DNA of 64,000 bases, taken from NCBI GenBank assembly GCA_041300865.1, contig JBFYTF010000036.1, forward strand, positions 34,604 through 98,603, in the 5' to 3' direction. The position numbers and the translations under genes are program-made. The stretch comes from Anaerolineae bacterium (GTDB taxonomy: Bacteria; Chloroflexota; Anaerolineae; JAAYZQ01). Under the pieces are notes generated by a model that was given only the letters and a program-made list of their open reading frames with translations, ran no database searches and was not told the origin of the DNA. Positions 36,731 to 46,824 of the stretch are shown here, piece by piece; positions within the stretch are counted from its first letter, which is position 1, and every line of letters starts with the position of its first letter.

Positions 36731-37666
36731 CTACTCCCGAATGTAGGGCTGGGCGAGCGCTGCCGGCGGCCGGGCCTGGCCCACCAGCCCGGCATAAACC
36801 AACAGGGTCACCAGGTAGGGCAGGGCCAGTAGCAGATGGTAGGGCAAGCCGATGTTGAGTGCCTGCGCTCGCAGGGCGACGGCGTCGAGCATGCCGAACA
36901 AGAGCGACACGAGGGCCAGTCGCCAGGGTTGCCACTTGCCCACGATGACCACCGCCAGGGCAATAAAGCCACGCCCGCCGGTCATGCCCTCGACGAACTG
37001 GTTCAGCTGGACCAGGGAAAAGAAACAGCCCGCCAAGCCGGCAAAGGCACCGCACAGCAGCACCCCGCTGTAGCGCATGCGCACCACCGAAATCCCCAGG
37101 CTGTCTGCCGCTTCAGGGTGCTCGCCGACGGCTCTCAAGTTCAGTCCCCACTTGGTCCGGGTGATGACCAGGGCCACCACTGGGATCAATAGGTAGGTCA
37201 GGTAGACCAGGGCGCTATGGTTGAACAGGGCATCGCCCACCAACGGAATCTGGCCGAGGATCGGCAGCCGCACAGGGGTGAAGCCGCTCACCTGGTTGCT
37301 TTCTGTCAGCGAGAACACCGAGCGAGAGATGAAGGTCGTGACGCCCAGGCTAAAGATGTTGAGGGCGATGCCCACGACGACCTGGTTAACTGCCAGGGTG
37401 ATGCTGAAAAAGCCCTGGAGCGTGGCAACCAGGACGCCCGCCAAAATGCCGGACACGACACCGAGCCAGGGGTTGCCCGTATAATACACGCCCAGGGCGC
37501 CACCCAGTGCTCCACACAACATCATGCCTTCCAGGCTGACATTCACCATGCCGCCCCGTTCCGACAGGGCTTCGCCCATCGAGGCGCCAAGCAACGGCGT
37601 CGAAAACCGGATCGTGGCCTGCAAAAAGTCAATCGACAAGAACAGCCGGACTAAGGTCTCCAGCAT
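36731..37666 (-). CDS. ABC transporter permease (second BMP-type system)
   Basis: Motif ERGGMVNVSLEGMM. Paralog of 25461-26408. Confidence 0.8.
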   Translation of the reverse strand: MLETLVRLFLSIDFLQATIRFSTPLLGASMGEALSERGGMVNVSLEGMMLCGALGGALGVYYTGNPWLGVVSGILAGVLVATLQGFFSITLAVNQVVVGIALNIFSLGVTTFISRSVFSLTESNQVSGFTPVRLPILGQIPLVGDALFNHSALVYLTYLLIPVVALVITRTKWGLNLRAVGEHPEAADSLGISVVRMRYSGVLLCGAFAGLAGCFFSLVQLNQFVEGMTGGRGFIALAVVIVGKWQPWRLALVSLLFGMLDAVALRAQALNIGLPYHLLLALPYLVTLLVYAGLVGQARPPAALAQPYIRE

Positions 37667-38873
37667 GTGTTCGTCTCCTTCTCCTCAGCTTGCGGCGGAG
37701 AACCACCGAGTTGCTGCCGATGATCAAAAGCAGGGTCAGTGACTGGATGATGAGCGAGATGGACGATTGCATGTCTGTCGAGCGCGCAGCGCTCTCGGCC
37801 CCATTGCGCAGGGCCCCGAAAAAGAGCCCCATGATCACCACGCCAAAGGGGTTAGCCTGCCCGGCCATAGCCACCACAATGGCGTCCCAGCCATAACCTG
37901 GCGAAAAGAAATCGCTCAGGCGGAATTGGACGCCCATGATCTCGACCAGGCCGCCCAGCCCTGCCAGCGCACCACCAATGGCAAAGGTCAAGATCGTCGT
38001 TCGCTTGGGGTTGATCCCGGCCAGGCGGGCGGCCTGGGCTCCCGCTCCCACGGCCCGCATTTCAAAGCCGAAGGCGGTCTTCCACAAGAGCACGTGGGAG
38101 GCCACGGCCGCCACCAGGGCAATGACAATCCCCAGGTTGATGCGGAACTTGGGCAGGATGATGGGCAGCCTGGCAGAGCCGGGAACCTGCACACTCCACG
38201 GATAGCCTCCGCCGGCCGGGTCCTTCATCGGCTCGTGGACCAGGTAACTGACGATCCAGAAGGCAATGTAGCCCAGCATGATCGTCGTGATCAGCTCGTT
38301 GAGCTGCAGGCGGGCCTTCAGCCAGCCGGGAATGGCGCCCCACAGCGCACCGCCCGCCGCACCGCCCAGAAGCACCAGGGGCAGGTGCACGTAGAGCGGC
38401 AGGCCTTGAAAGCCGAGGGCAGCCAGCGTGGCGAACAGTGCGCCAATATAGACCTGTCCCTCGCCGCCGAGATTGATCAGGCCACAGCGCAAAGGGAGCG
38501 CAACGCCGAGGCCGGCCAGGATCAGAGGCGTCGCCTTGGTCACCGTGACGCCGATGCGCGCCGGTCCGCCGAACGCTCCTCGCCACAGGGCGCGATAGCC
38601 CTCAATGGGGCTGACGCCGCTCAACGCCATGACGACTCCCCCCAGGGCTATGGCCACGACGATGGCCAGCAGGGGCATGACGAACGCTTGGCCGGCCGTC
38701 AGCCCTGGGACGAGCAGTCGACGAAGAAGCTCCTCGGCTTGAGCTCGGCGGGCAGATCTTCCAGCCTTGTGCCGGCCATCATCAGCCCGAGCTGCGTCTC
38801 CTGGGCCTCCTCCGTCGGTATCACGCCCATGATCTCGCCCTTGTGGATTACTGCGATCCGATCGCTGAGACAA
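37629..38873 (-). CDS. ABC transporter permease (second BMP-type system); start uncertain
   Basis: Motif GLINLGGEGQVYIGAL. Paralog of 26401-27504. The track start at 38873 overlaps the ATPase gene by about 175 nt, so the true start is probably internal (for example ATG 38678) or an unrecognised codon. Confidence 0.7.
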   Translation of the reverse strand: MSQRSDRSNPQGRDHGRDTDGGGPGDAARADDGRHKAGRSARRAQAEELLRRLLVPGLTAGQAFVMPLLAIVVAIALGGVVMALSGVSPIEGYRALWRGAFGGPARIGVTVTKATPLILAGLGVALPLRCGLINLGGEGQVYIGALFATLAALGFQGLPLYVHLPLVLLGGAAGGALWGAIPGWLKARLQLNELITTIMLGYIAFWIVSYLVHEPMKDPAGGGYPWSVQVPGSARLPIILPKFRINLGIVIALVAAVASHVLLWKTAFGFEMRAVGAGAQAARLAGINPKRTTILTFAIGGALAGLGGLVEIMGVQFRLSDFFSPGYGWDAIVVAMAGQANPFGVVIMGLFFGALRNGAESAARSTDMQSSISLIIQSLTLLLIIGSNSVVLRRKLRRRRRTHAGDLSPAVLVD

Positions 38874-40273
38874 AGTACCTCCTCCAGATCCGTGGAAAAC
38901 AAGAGAACGGCAACGCCTCGATCGCGGGCAGCCAGGAGCTGCCCGTAGACGAACTCTGTGGCGCCAACGTCCAGGCCGCGGGTGGGATCAGCGGCGACCA
39001 CGGCCAACGGCAGGCGGTGCATCACCCGCGCCAGGATGACCTTCTGCTGGTTGCCCCCCGATAGGGTGCTCGCCGGCACCTGAGCCGAGGGCATGCGGAT
39101 GTCGTACTCGCTCCCCAGGCGCTTGGCCAATTGCGTAATCGAATTCTGCTTCAAGAAGCCTGCCCGGCAGTATTGCTCGTCATGAAAGACCTCGAGGGCA
39201 AGGTTCTCGCGCACGGAAAGGGGCATGGCCAGGCCCATCGTCTGCCGGTCCTCGGGAATCCGCGCCAGGTTCATGCGCACCAGGTCCCTGGGCCCGCAGT
39301 CCCGGACGTCCCGGCCCAAGACCGAGATCTGCCCCGAAGTCACACCACGCAGCCCAAAGAGAGCTTCGATCAACGAGCGCTGCCCGTTGCCTGCCACGCC
39401 GGTCAGGGCCACGATCTCGCCGGCCCTCACCGACAAGGACACGTCGTGGACCTGGTGGCGATTGTCTGCGGTCGTGACGTTGACGCGGTCCAGGTTGATG
39501 ACGCTGTCGCCCGGTTCGTGCGGCCGGCGTTCGACGCGCAACACCACAGGTCGCCCGACCATCAAGGTCGCGAGCTTTTCCTTGGTCGTGTCGCACGTCG
39601 GTACCGTGGCGACGACGCATCCCCGGCGCAGCACGGTCACCCGGTTGCTGATGCGCATCACCTCGTCCAGCTTGTGCGAGATAAAGATCACCGCGTGGCC
39701 TTGGGCTCTTAGCGTATCGAGGACGGCAAAGAGATCGTCCGCCTCACCCGGCGTCAACACCGCGGTGGGTTCGTCGAGAATGAACAGGTGCGCGCCCCGG
39801 TAGAGGGCTTTGACGATTTCGACCCGCTGGCGCTCGCCTGTGGAGAGATCTTTGACCATGGCCCAGGGCTCAACGTGTAAGCCATAGCGGGTGGACAGCT
39901 CCTCCAGCTGCCGGGCTGCGCCCTGCAGGTCCAGCAGCGGGGAGCGACCGGTGCGCAAGCCGAGCACGACGTTTTCGATGACACTGAACTCCGGGATCAG
40001 CATGAAGTGCTGGTGGACCATGCCGATGCCGAGCTCAATGGCTGTGTGGCTCGACGAGATGTGAACGGGCCGTCCACGCCAGTAGAGAGTGCCGGTGTCG
40101 GGTGTCGACATGCCATACAGGATGCGCATCAGGGTCGTCTTGCCGGCACCGTTTTCGCCCAGCAGAGCATGGATTTCGCCTTCCACGACCTCGAAGGAGA
40201 TGCAATCGTTGGCGAGGACGCCCGGGTAGGTCTTCGTGATGCTCTCCATCCTCAAAAGCGTATTCGCGGCCAT
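38699..40273 (-). CDS. ABC transporter ATP-binding protein with two ATPase domains (second system)
   Basis: Walker A GENGAGKTT, signatures LSTGERQRVEI and LSGGNQQK. Confidence 0.85.
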   Translation of the reverse strand: MAANTLLRMESITKTYPGVLANDCISFEVVEGEIHALLGENGAGKTTLMRILYGMSTPDTGTLYWRGRPVHISSSHTAIELGIGMVHQHFMLIPEFSVIENVVLGLRTGRSPLLDLQGAARQLEELSTRYGLHVEPWAMVKDLSTGERQRVEIVKALYRGAHLFILDEPTAVLTPGEADDLFAVLDTLRAQGHAVIFISHKLDEVMRISNRVTVLRRGCVVATVPTCDTTKEKLATLMVGRPVVLRVERRPHEPGDSVINLDRVNVTTADNRHQVHDVSLSVRAGEIVALTGVAGNGQRSLIEALFGLRGVTSGQISVLGRDVRDCGPRDLVRMNLARIPEDRQTMGLAMPLSVRENLALEVFHDEQYCRAGFLKQNSITQLAKRLGSEYDIRMPSAQVPASTLSGGNQQKVILARVMHRLPLAVVAADPTRGLDVGATEFVYGQLLAARDRGVAVLLFSTDLEEVLCLSDRIAVIHKGEIMGVIPTEEAQETQLGLMMAGTRLEDLPAELKPRSFFVDCSSQG

Positions 40274-40321
40274 TGCCTGCCTTTCCTGCTACTTTTCCAG
40301 GTCTCCGAACAAGAGCGCCTT

Positions 40322-40353
40322 GCCTGGGCGCAGCGCACGCGCTGCGCCCAGGC
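40322..40353 (-). promoter_or_regulatory. Strong intercistronic hairpin between the binding-protein and ATPase genes
   Basis: Perfect 15-nt inverted repeat gcctgggcgcagcgc / gcgctgcgcccaggc separated by 2 nt. No clear U-tract. Confidence 0.6.
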
Positions 40354-40369
40354 GATCACAGGTCGACTG

Positions 40370-42385
40370 CTAGTCGGTTGACTCCTCGATGTAAGGGACC
40401 TCCAGCGTTCCGTCGATGATCTGCTGCCGAGCCTCGGCGACAATCGCCGCGACATCCTCAGGCACGAGCCCGTGATAGTCCGCGATGTCCACGATGCCGG
40501 TGTCGATCCCGTACACCCGCACCCCTCCCGTCCAGGTGCCGTCTGCGACCAGCTCGACGTCCTTGATCAGGAGTCCGCCGCTGTTGGTCAGCGAGCTCGA
40601 GAGTACATTCTCCGGCGCCAGGTGGTTCTGGTCGGCGCCCCAGCCGATCACCCAGATGTCCGACTCCACGGCCCCGTCGATGACGCCGATCCCGGCCGCG
40701 TCCGCGATGTGAAAGATCACGTCCACGCCGGCACTCGCCTGGGCCAACGCGGCTTCCTTGCCCTTGGCAACGTCCTCCATTGTCCCAATGTAGACGATGG
40801 TGGTCTCGATATCCGGGTTCACGGCCTTGGCACCCAGCTTGTAGGCTTCCATCTGGGAGACGATGTTGGGAAAGTCATAGCCGGCGATGCCGCCGATTTT
40901 GCCGGTCTCGCTCATCTGCGCCGCCAGCATCCCCAGAAGGTAGGCAGGCTGCCACGCAGCGGCGGCAATCCCGGCGACGTTCTCAGCCTGGACTATAGAG
41001 TTGTTGGTAACGATGAACTTGACTTCCGGATAGTCGGGGGCGACCTCCAGGGCAACGTCGCCGAACTGGAAGCCATGCCCCACGATGACGTTGTAGCCGT
41101 CCTCGGCAAAGTCGCGAAAGACCTGCACAAAGTCGGCGACAGGGGTTTTCTCCGAGTAAGCGATCTCGGCCCCCATCTCTTCTTCGATCTGGAGCAGGCC
41201 CTCGTAGACAACCTGGTTAAAGCCCTGGTCGTTGATCGAGCCCGGGAAGACGACCGCCACGCGCAGGTCTTCGGCGGCTGCCGGTTCCTCGCCCTCCGGC
41301 AGCTCCGTTCCCTCGCCCCCGACCGTGGTGATGTACGGCACCTCGATCTCGCCGGAGATGATCTGTTGCCTGGCCTCTTCGACCTGGTCGGCGACGTCCT
41401 GGGGTACCAGGCCGTGATAGTCGGCGATGCCCACCACACCGGTGTCCAGTCCATAGAGGCGGACCTCTCCCGTCCAGGTGCCATCGACCACCTTCTGGAC
41501 GTCCTGTACCAGCAGCTGGTCGCCGCTGAACAACAGGCTGGAGATCACGTTTTCGGGTGCCAGGTGGTTCTGGTCCAAGCCCCAGCCGATGCCCCAGATG
41601 CCCGTTTCCTCGACGGCCTGGAGGATACCGACGCCGGCCGCGTCGGCGATGTGAAAGACCACGTCCGCCCCGGCACTGGCCTGGGCCAGGGTGGCCTCCT
41701 TGGCCTTGGCCACGTCCTCAAAAGAGCCGATGTAGACCGTGTTCACCTCTACGTCGGGCCGCACCGACTCCGCGCCCAGCCGGTAGGCCTCCATCTGGGA
41801 CACGAGGATGGGAAAGTCAAAGCCGGCGATGCCGCCGATTTTGCCCGTCTCGGTCATCAAACCGGCCAGGACACCCAGCAGGTAGGCGGCTTCCCAGGAC
41901 TTGCCCGTGATGCCGGCTACGTTCTCGGCCGACACGTCGGGGTTGCTGTCGACGATGAACTTGATGTCGGGATAGTCGGGCGCGACCTGCAGCGCAATGT
42001 CGCCGAACTCAAAGCCGTGGCCGATGATGACGTTGTAGCCCTGGTCGGCAAAGTCGCGGTAGGTGTTGACAAAGTCGGCGACGGGCGTGAGCTCCGAAAA
42101 GGCCACTTCAGCGCCAAACTTCTCCTCGATCTCCATCAATCCCTGGTAGCCGGCCTGGTTAAAGCCCTCGTCGTTGATAGACCCGGGAAAGACGGCCGCG
42201 ACGCGCAGCTGCTCCGGCGCCGGTTCCGCAGCCGGCTCTGTGGCCTCGACCTGTTCCTCGACCGGTGCCTGCGTGGGAGCTTCCGGTTCCGCTTCCGGGG
42301 TGGACGCGCAACCCAGGACCAGGGTCAGCAGCATCATGCCGACCACCAGCACGGACAGTGTACGACGAATCTTTTCTACGACCAT
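40370..42385 (-). CDS. Tandem-duplicated BMP-family substrate-binding lipoprotein (two BMP domains in one chain)
   Basis: 671 aa with lipobox LVLGCAS. Two about 295-aa repeats (QLRVAAVFPGSINDEGFNQ...EVPYI and DLRVAVVFPGSINDQGFNQ...EVPYI) are joined by an acidic linker. Confidence 0.85.
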   Translation of the reverse strand: MVVEKIRRTLSVLVVGMMLLTLVLGCASTPEAEPEAPTQAPVEEQVEATEPAAEPAPEQLRVAAVFPGSINDEGFNQAGYQGLMEIEEKFGAEVAFSELTPVADFVNTYRDFADQGYNVIIGHGFEFGDIALQVAPDYPDIKFIVDSNPDVSAENVAGITGKSWEAAYLLGVLAGLMTETGKIGGIAGFDFPILVSQMEAYRLGAESVRPDVEVNTVYIGSFEDVAKAKEATLAQASAGADVVFHIADAAGVGILQAVEETGIWGIGWGLDQNHLAPENVISSLLFSGDQLLVQDVQKVVDGTWTGEVRLYGLDTGVVGIADYHGLVPQDVADQVEEARQQIISGEIEVPYITTVGGEGTELPEGEEPAAAEDLRVAVVFPGSINDQGFNQVVYEGLLQIEEEMGAEIAYSEKTPVADFVQVFRDFAEDGYNVIVGHGFQFGDVALEVAPDYPEVKFIVTNNSIVQAENVAGIAAAAWQPAYLLGMLAAQMSETGKIGGIAGYDFPNIVSQMEAYKLGAKAVNPDIETTIVYIGTMEDVAKGKEAALAQASAGVDVIFHIADAAGIGVIDGAVESDIWVIGWGADQNHLAPENVLSSSLTNSGGLLIKDVELVADGTWTGGVRVYGIDTGIVDIADYHGLVPEDVAAIVAEARQQIIDGTLEVPYIEESTD

Positions 42386-42535
42386 TTGGATCCCCTCCTT
42401 GGATTCTCTTTGTTCCCAAACTGAGCCACTGGCTCGCTAATGTACGCAGTGCTGCCTGCTTGTGCTCTCATTCGCTTGCCTGACCTTTTCGCCCTCCTTC
42501 CTGTCCCTGGCGCCGCGCACGCGAGATGCTGATGG

Positions 42536-43633
42536 TCATCCGTGCTTGATCGTGTACGGGACCTGTACTTCCTGATCGAAATAGGACTCACCAGTGGGCG
42601 GTTCCATCAGCCCAAAAAAGCTCTTCAGTTGGGCCACGATGCCGTCTACAGCGGCAACGGGCGGGTCAGGGCAGGGCCCGAGGGGGTCTGGGCGCGGGGG
42701 TTCGCCCCGCAGAGCACGCAGGGCACCCGCGGCAGACGCCGTCAGCGAGCGCAGATTGTAGCCCCCTTCCAGGACAAGGACGAGCCGGCCCTGGCAAAGA
42801 CGGCCGGCCAACTCCTGAATCCCGTGCACCAGATCGGAATAACCCCGGGCACTCAGCCCAAGTACGGACGAGTGATCTAGCCAGTGGGCATCAAAGCCGG
42901 CCGAGACGAGTATGAGCTGTGGCCGGTATTGTTCAGCCAGCGGGGTCACCAGCTCGCGCAGGACGCGCAGGTACGCTTCGTCGCCGCTCCACTGGGGGAG
43001 CTCGACGTTATAGTTGTAGCCCAGGCCGGCCTCGGCGCCGTTCCGGTACCAATGGCCCGTCCCCGGGAACCAGGGCTGTTGGTGATACGACACAAAGAGC
43101 ACGTCTCGGCTGCCGTAAAAGATCTCTTCGGTGCCGTTGCCGTGGTGCGCGTCGATGTCCACGATCATCACCCGCTCCAGGTGATGCTCTCGCAGGGCAT
43201 AGAGGGCGGCAATGGCCACGTTGTTAAAGATGCAGTAACCCATGGCCCGGGTGGGCAGGGCGTGGTGGCCGACGGGGCGCATCAGCGAGAAGGCGTTGCG
43301 CACCACACCGTCTAGAACGGCCCGCGTAGCACACACGGCACTCGACGCGCTCAGCCGGGCGGCTTCGGCAGCCGCCGGGGTGAGATAGGTGTCAAAGCTG
43401 ATCCTTTTCTTGCCCGCCTGCGACAGGCGGCGCACGGCATCCACGTGGGACTGGACGTGGGCAGCTTGCACCCACTCCCATGGGATCGTCTCGACCTCAA
43501 TCCGCCGGCAGAGGTCCAGCTCACCCTCGGCCCGCAAGGTGGCTATCAGTGCCTCCAGCCGTTCCGCCGACTCGGGTGCCGCCGGATGGCTGTGGTCTCG
43601 ATGGCGCTCGTCGTAACAGAAGCCCGTCGTCAT
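42536..43633 (-). CDS. Histone-deacetylase-family Zn amidohydrolase (AcuC / acetylpolyamine-amidohydrolase-like)
   Basis: Motifs DIDAHHGNGTEEIFY and SAGFDAH. Confidence 0.8.
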   Translation of the reverse strand: MTTGFCYDERHRDHSHPAAPESAERLEALIATLRAEGELDLCRRIEVETIPWEWVQAAHVQSHVDAVRRLSQAGKKRISFDTYLTPAAAEAARLSASSAVCATRAVLDGVVRNAFSLMRPVGHHALPTRAMGYCIFNNVAIAALYALREHHLERVMIVDIDAHHGNGTEEIFYGSRDVLFVSYHQQPWFPGTGHWYRNGAEAGLGYNYNVELPQWSGDEAYLRVLRELVTPLAEQYRPQLILVSAGFDAHWLDHSSVLGLSARGYSDLVHGIQELAGRLCQGRLVLVLEGGYNLRSLTASAAGALRALRGEPPRPDPLGPCPDPPVAAVDGIVAQLKSFFGLMEPPTGESYFDQEVQVPYTIKHG

Positions 43634-43657
43634 CGTCTCTCCTTCCCGTTGCCGGCC

Positions 43658-45136
43658 CTAGTAGCGGTCCACGGCAAAAGGCTCGGCCAGGACCCGCTGC
43701 TGAAACCGTTCCTGGGCCTCCAAGAACTTTTTTCCGGCGGGACCCACGGGTGGAATGTCCCGCTTCCGCCTGGCCCACATCTCGCGGGCCTCGGCCAGCA
43801 GCTGGGCCTCGTCGACTGTCTGCAACACGCCATTGTCCACCACGACCCGGCCGTTGACGATCACGGTCCGCACCGAGGAGCCGTTTTCGGCATAGACGAG
43901 GTGCTGGAACGGATCGTTGAGCGGCGTGAACGCCGGGGTACGCAGGTCCAGCATCGTCAGGTCGGCCAGGGCGCCGGGTGCCAGCACGCCCAACCCGCCC
44001 GGTGCCCTGAACAGGCGCGCGCCGCCGGCGGTGGCCATGCCCAGGATCTGGCGGGCTTTGAGCCAGGCGTGGTGGCTGGGATCGCGCACGGTGTGCATCA
44101 GCCCGGTGACCTTCATCACGTCAAACATCACCTGGTTGTCGTTGCTGGCCGCCCCATCACAGGCAAGGGCCACGTGGGCGCCACGCTGGACCATGCGCAG
44201 GACCGGCGCAAAACCGCTGCCGAGCTTGAGGTTGCATACCGAGTTGTGCACGACGGTCGCTCCCGCCTGGGCAATAAGCTCGACGTCGTAGTCGTCGACC
44301 CAGACGCAGTGGGCCAGGGACGTCCTGTCGGTCAGCAGGCCGAGCTCGGCCAATTGGGCGACGGCCGAGCGGCCAAAGAACTGGCGGCAGCTCATCGCCT
44401 GCAGCTTGGTCTCTTCGGCGTGCATGTGGAAGCCGCCATCGTAGCAGCGCGCGATGTCCATGGCGCCGACCATGAGCTCCGTGGAGCACCACTGTGCTCC
44501 GGAAGGGCCGGCCAGGCACTGCAGCCGGCCATCCTCGGCAAGGTGCCACTTGCGGAAGAAGGCATCGAGCACGCGCAGGTACTCCGGGGCCGTAATCGGC
44601 GGCGAAGAGCCATAGACCCCGCCCTCCAGCTCGGGATTCTGCCTCAGGATCATGTCGTTGATCTTGTGATCGTCCTCTACGAGGGGAGCGACGCCCGCCC
44701 GGATCCCGACGTCACGGTAGGCACTCATGACGGCATCCAGGGCGCTTTCTGACATGGAGCCGTTGACCCAGAAGTGGTCGACGACACCGGTGGTGCCGGT
44801 GTGCAGCATCTCGACAGCGCCGACGACGGCCGCCAAATAGATCTCGCGCTCGGTGAAAGCGAACGACGAGCCAAAGAGGTCGCACAGCCAGAACTCGAGA
44901 GGCACGGCCTCGATCCGGCCCTTGAGCATGTTTTCCGGCGAGTGCGCGTGAGCGCTGATGAGGCCCGGTATCAGCAGGTGGTCGCGCCCGTCGATGCGCC
45001 GGGTGCCGGCAGCGGGCTGCAAGGGCTCGGGGGTAATGGCGGCGATGCGGCTACCCTCGATGGCCACGTTCTGCCGCTCCAGCATCCCCTCCCGTTCGGG
45101 GCTCAGAACCGCTACGTTTTCAATAAGGACATCCAT
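43658..45136 (-). CDS. Metal-dependent amidohydrolase (chlorohydrolase / deaminase family)
   Basis: Motifs LISAHAHSPE and HMHAEE. ATG at 45136 (MDVLIENV). Confidence 0.8.
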   Translation of the reverse strand: MDVLIENVAVLSPEREGMLERQNVAIEGSRIAAITPEPLQPAAGTRRIDGRDHLLIPGLISAHAHSPENMLKGRIEAVPLEFWLCDLFGSSFAFTEREIYLAAVVGAVEMLHTGTTGVVDHFWVNGSMSESALDAVMSAYRDVGIRAGVAPLVEDDHKINDMILRQNPELEGGVYGSSPPITAPEYLRVLDAFFRKWHLAEDGRLQCLAGPSGAQWCSTELMVGAMDIARCYDGGFHMHAEETKLQAMSCRQFFGRSAVAQLAELGLLTDRTSLAHCVWVDDYDVELIAQAGATVVHNSVCNLKLGSGFAPVLRMVQRGAHVALACDGAASNDNQVMFDVMKVTGLMHTVRDPSHHAWLKARQILGMATAGGARLFRAPGGLGVLAPGALADLTMLDLRTPAFTPLNDPFQHLVYAENGSSVRTVIVNGRVVVDNGVLQTVDEAQLLAEAREMWARRKRDIPPVGPAGKKFLEAQERFQQRVLAEPFAVDRY

Positions 45137-45164
45137 GTCTGCCTCATTTCGAGAGATGACGACA

Positions 45165-46808
45165 CTATAGATACCGGCGCAGCTTGCGGTAGACCTGCAA
45201 CAGGCTGGCCAGTTTCTTGGCACGCTCCACCAACCCCTTGCGGCCCGGTGGCGGGAGCAATCCCAGATCCTGCAGGATTGCCTGGGCGGTGTTGTAGCCT
45301 GGATTGCCGCTCATGCCGCCGCCGGGGTGCGTGCCGCTGCCGGTAAGATAGAGCCCGCCGACCGGTGTGTGATAGTCTTTCAGCTCCGGCAGGGGGCGAT
45401 AGCCCAGGATCTGGTCCAGCGTCATATCCAGGTGGTTGGGGTTACCGCGCAGGCTCCCGGTCCGCCGGTGCCAGTCCAGGGGCGACGTTAGCTCGCCGGC
45501 GATGAGCACGTCGCGGACGTTGGGCGTGTAGCAGCTCAGCACGTCCAGCATCCGGTCGGCAAACTCTTGCTTGGTTTCGTCCCACGACCGCCCGTCGCGG
45601 CGGCGGTAGGGAGCAAAGGACGACAGCCACAGCGTATGCCCGCCGTTGGGCGCCAGGGAGGGGTCGAGGACAGAGGCCGTGCCGACCATCATCGCCGGTT
45701 CCTCGGGAGGCACGCCGCGCTCGATGTCGGCAAAGACATAGTCCAGGTATTCCATGGAGGGGCATAGAAGCTGCATGCCGCCGCTGAACTCCTGCCCGTG
45801 CGGAAAGCGACTCCAGTCCAGGGGGCCGCTGAGGGCGGCGTCGATCTTGAACTCGGAGATGTTGGTGCCCCCGGCACGGAGCCTTTGCAGCTTGCGCCGT
45901 AGATCGGCGGGCACCAGCGAGGCGTCGAGGAGCTGCGTGAAGACGCGCAAGGCGTCGATGGACGACACGACCCCCTTGCCGGCCGTGAGGCGCTCCCCGC
46001 CTGCCAGCTCGACTGCGGCGGCCCGGCCGTTCTGCACGAGGATCTGGCACACCGGGGCGGCGGTACGCACCGAGCCGCCGTGGGCCTCGATAAAGCCCTG
46101 CAATGCGTCGTTGAGCTTGCCCGAGCCGCCGCGGGGGCGGGCGACGCCCGCGTGGGCGCCGACCATGATGCACGGTGCATAGCCGGCCCCCACGCGCGAC
46201 GGTGCCGTCTGCGTGTGCGCGCCGTAGTAGGCCAGGGCCGACTTGACCTGGGGATGGTCGAACCAGGTATCGAGCACGGAGCGAGGGCAGGTCAGCAAGG
46301 TCCAGAGCACCTGGTCCGTGTCCAGGCCAAGCTCCGCGTCCATGAGCGCCGCCAGCTCGCCAAAAGTCGGCGGCGGGCCGTAGCTGACGGCCCCCAAGAT
46401 GCCGAGAAAGGCATCGGAGAACTGCATGAAGTCCTTGTAGGCCTGCGCGTCGTGGGCCGACAGCTTGCCGATCTCGTCGGCAGTCCGGTCCACGTCCTGG
46501 TAGATGGGAATGTCGCAACCGTCGAGGAAGGGAAACAGGTAGAGCTGGTCCCTCAGGATATAGTCCAGGCCATGCCGCTCAAGCTCCAGGTCCTTCACAA
46601 AGGGCATGTCGAGGATGGAGATGTGCTCCAGGGCGCCGATGTTCAGCCTGTAACCAGGCGCCCCGGGGATCTCTTCCGTGGTGTTGTAGCCACCCAGGAT
46701 GTCGTGTTTCTCGAGGACGCACACCCTCTGCCCCGCCCGGGCCAGATACCCGGCGCACACGAGGCCGTTGTGCCCCCCGCCGATGACGATGTAATCGCAG
46801 TCTGCCAC
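45165..46808 (-). CDS. FAD-dependent oxidoreductase (phytoene-desaturase / amine-oxidase fold)
   Basis: Motif DYIVIGGGHNGLVCAGYLARAG. GTG at 46808 preceded by GGGAGA. The upstream extension of the track ORF was rejected. Confidence 0.75.
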   Translation of the reverse strand: MADCDYIVIGGGHNGLVCAGYLARAGQRVCVLEKHDILGGYNTTEEIPGAPGYRLNIGALEHISILDMPFVKDLELERHGLDYILRDQLYLFPFLDGCDIPIYQDVDRTADEIGKLSAHDAQAYKDFMQFSDAFLGILGAVSYGPPPTFGELAALMDAELGLDTDQVLWTLLTCPRSVLDTWFDHPQVKSALAYYGAHTQTAPSRVGAGYAPCIMVGAHAGVARPRGGSGKLNDALQGFIEAHGGSVRTAAPVCQILVQNGRAAAVELAGGERLTAGKGVVSSIDALRVFTQLLDASLVPADLRRKLQRLRAGGTNISEFKIDAALSGPLDWSRFPHGQEFSGGMQLLCPSMEYLDYVFADIERGVPPEEPAMMVGTASVLDPSLAPNGGHTLWLSSFAPYRRRDGRSWDETKQEFADRMLDVLSCYTPNVRDVLIAGELTSPLDWHRRTGSLRGNPNHLDMTLDQILGYRPLPELKDYHTPVGGLYLTGSGTHPGGGMSGNPGYNTAQAILQDLGLLPPPGRKGLVERAKKLASLLQVYRKLRRYL

Positions 46809-46824
46809 GATGCGTCTCCCTGTG

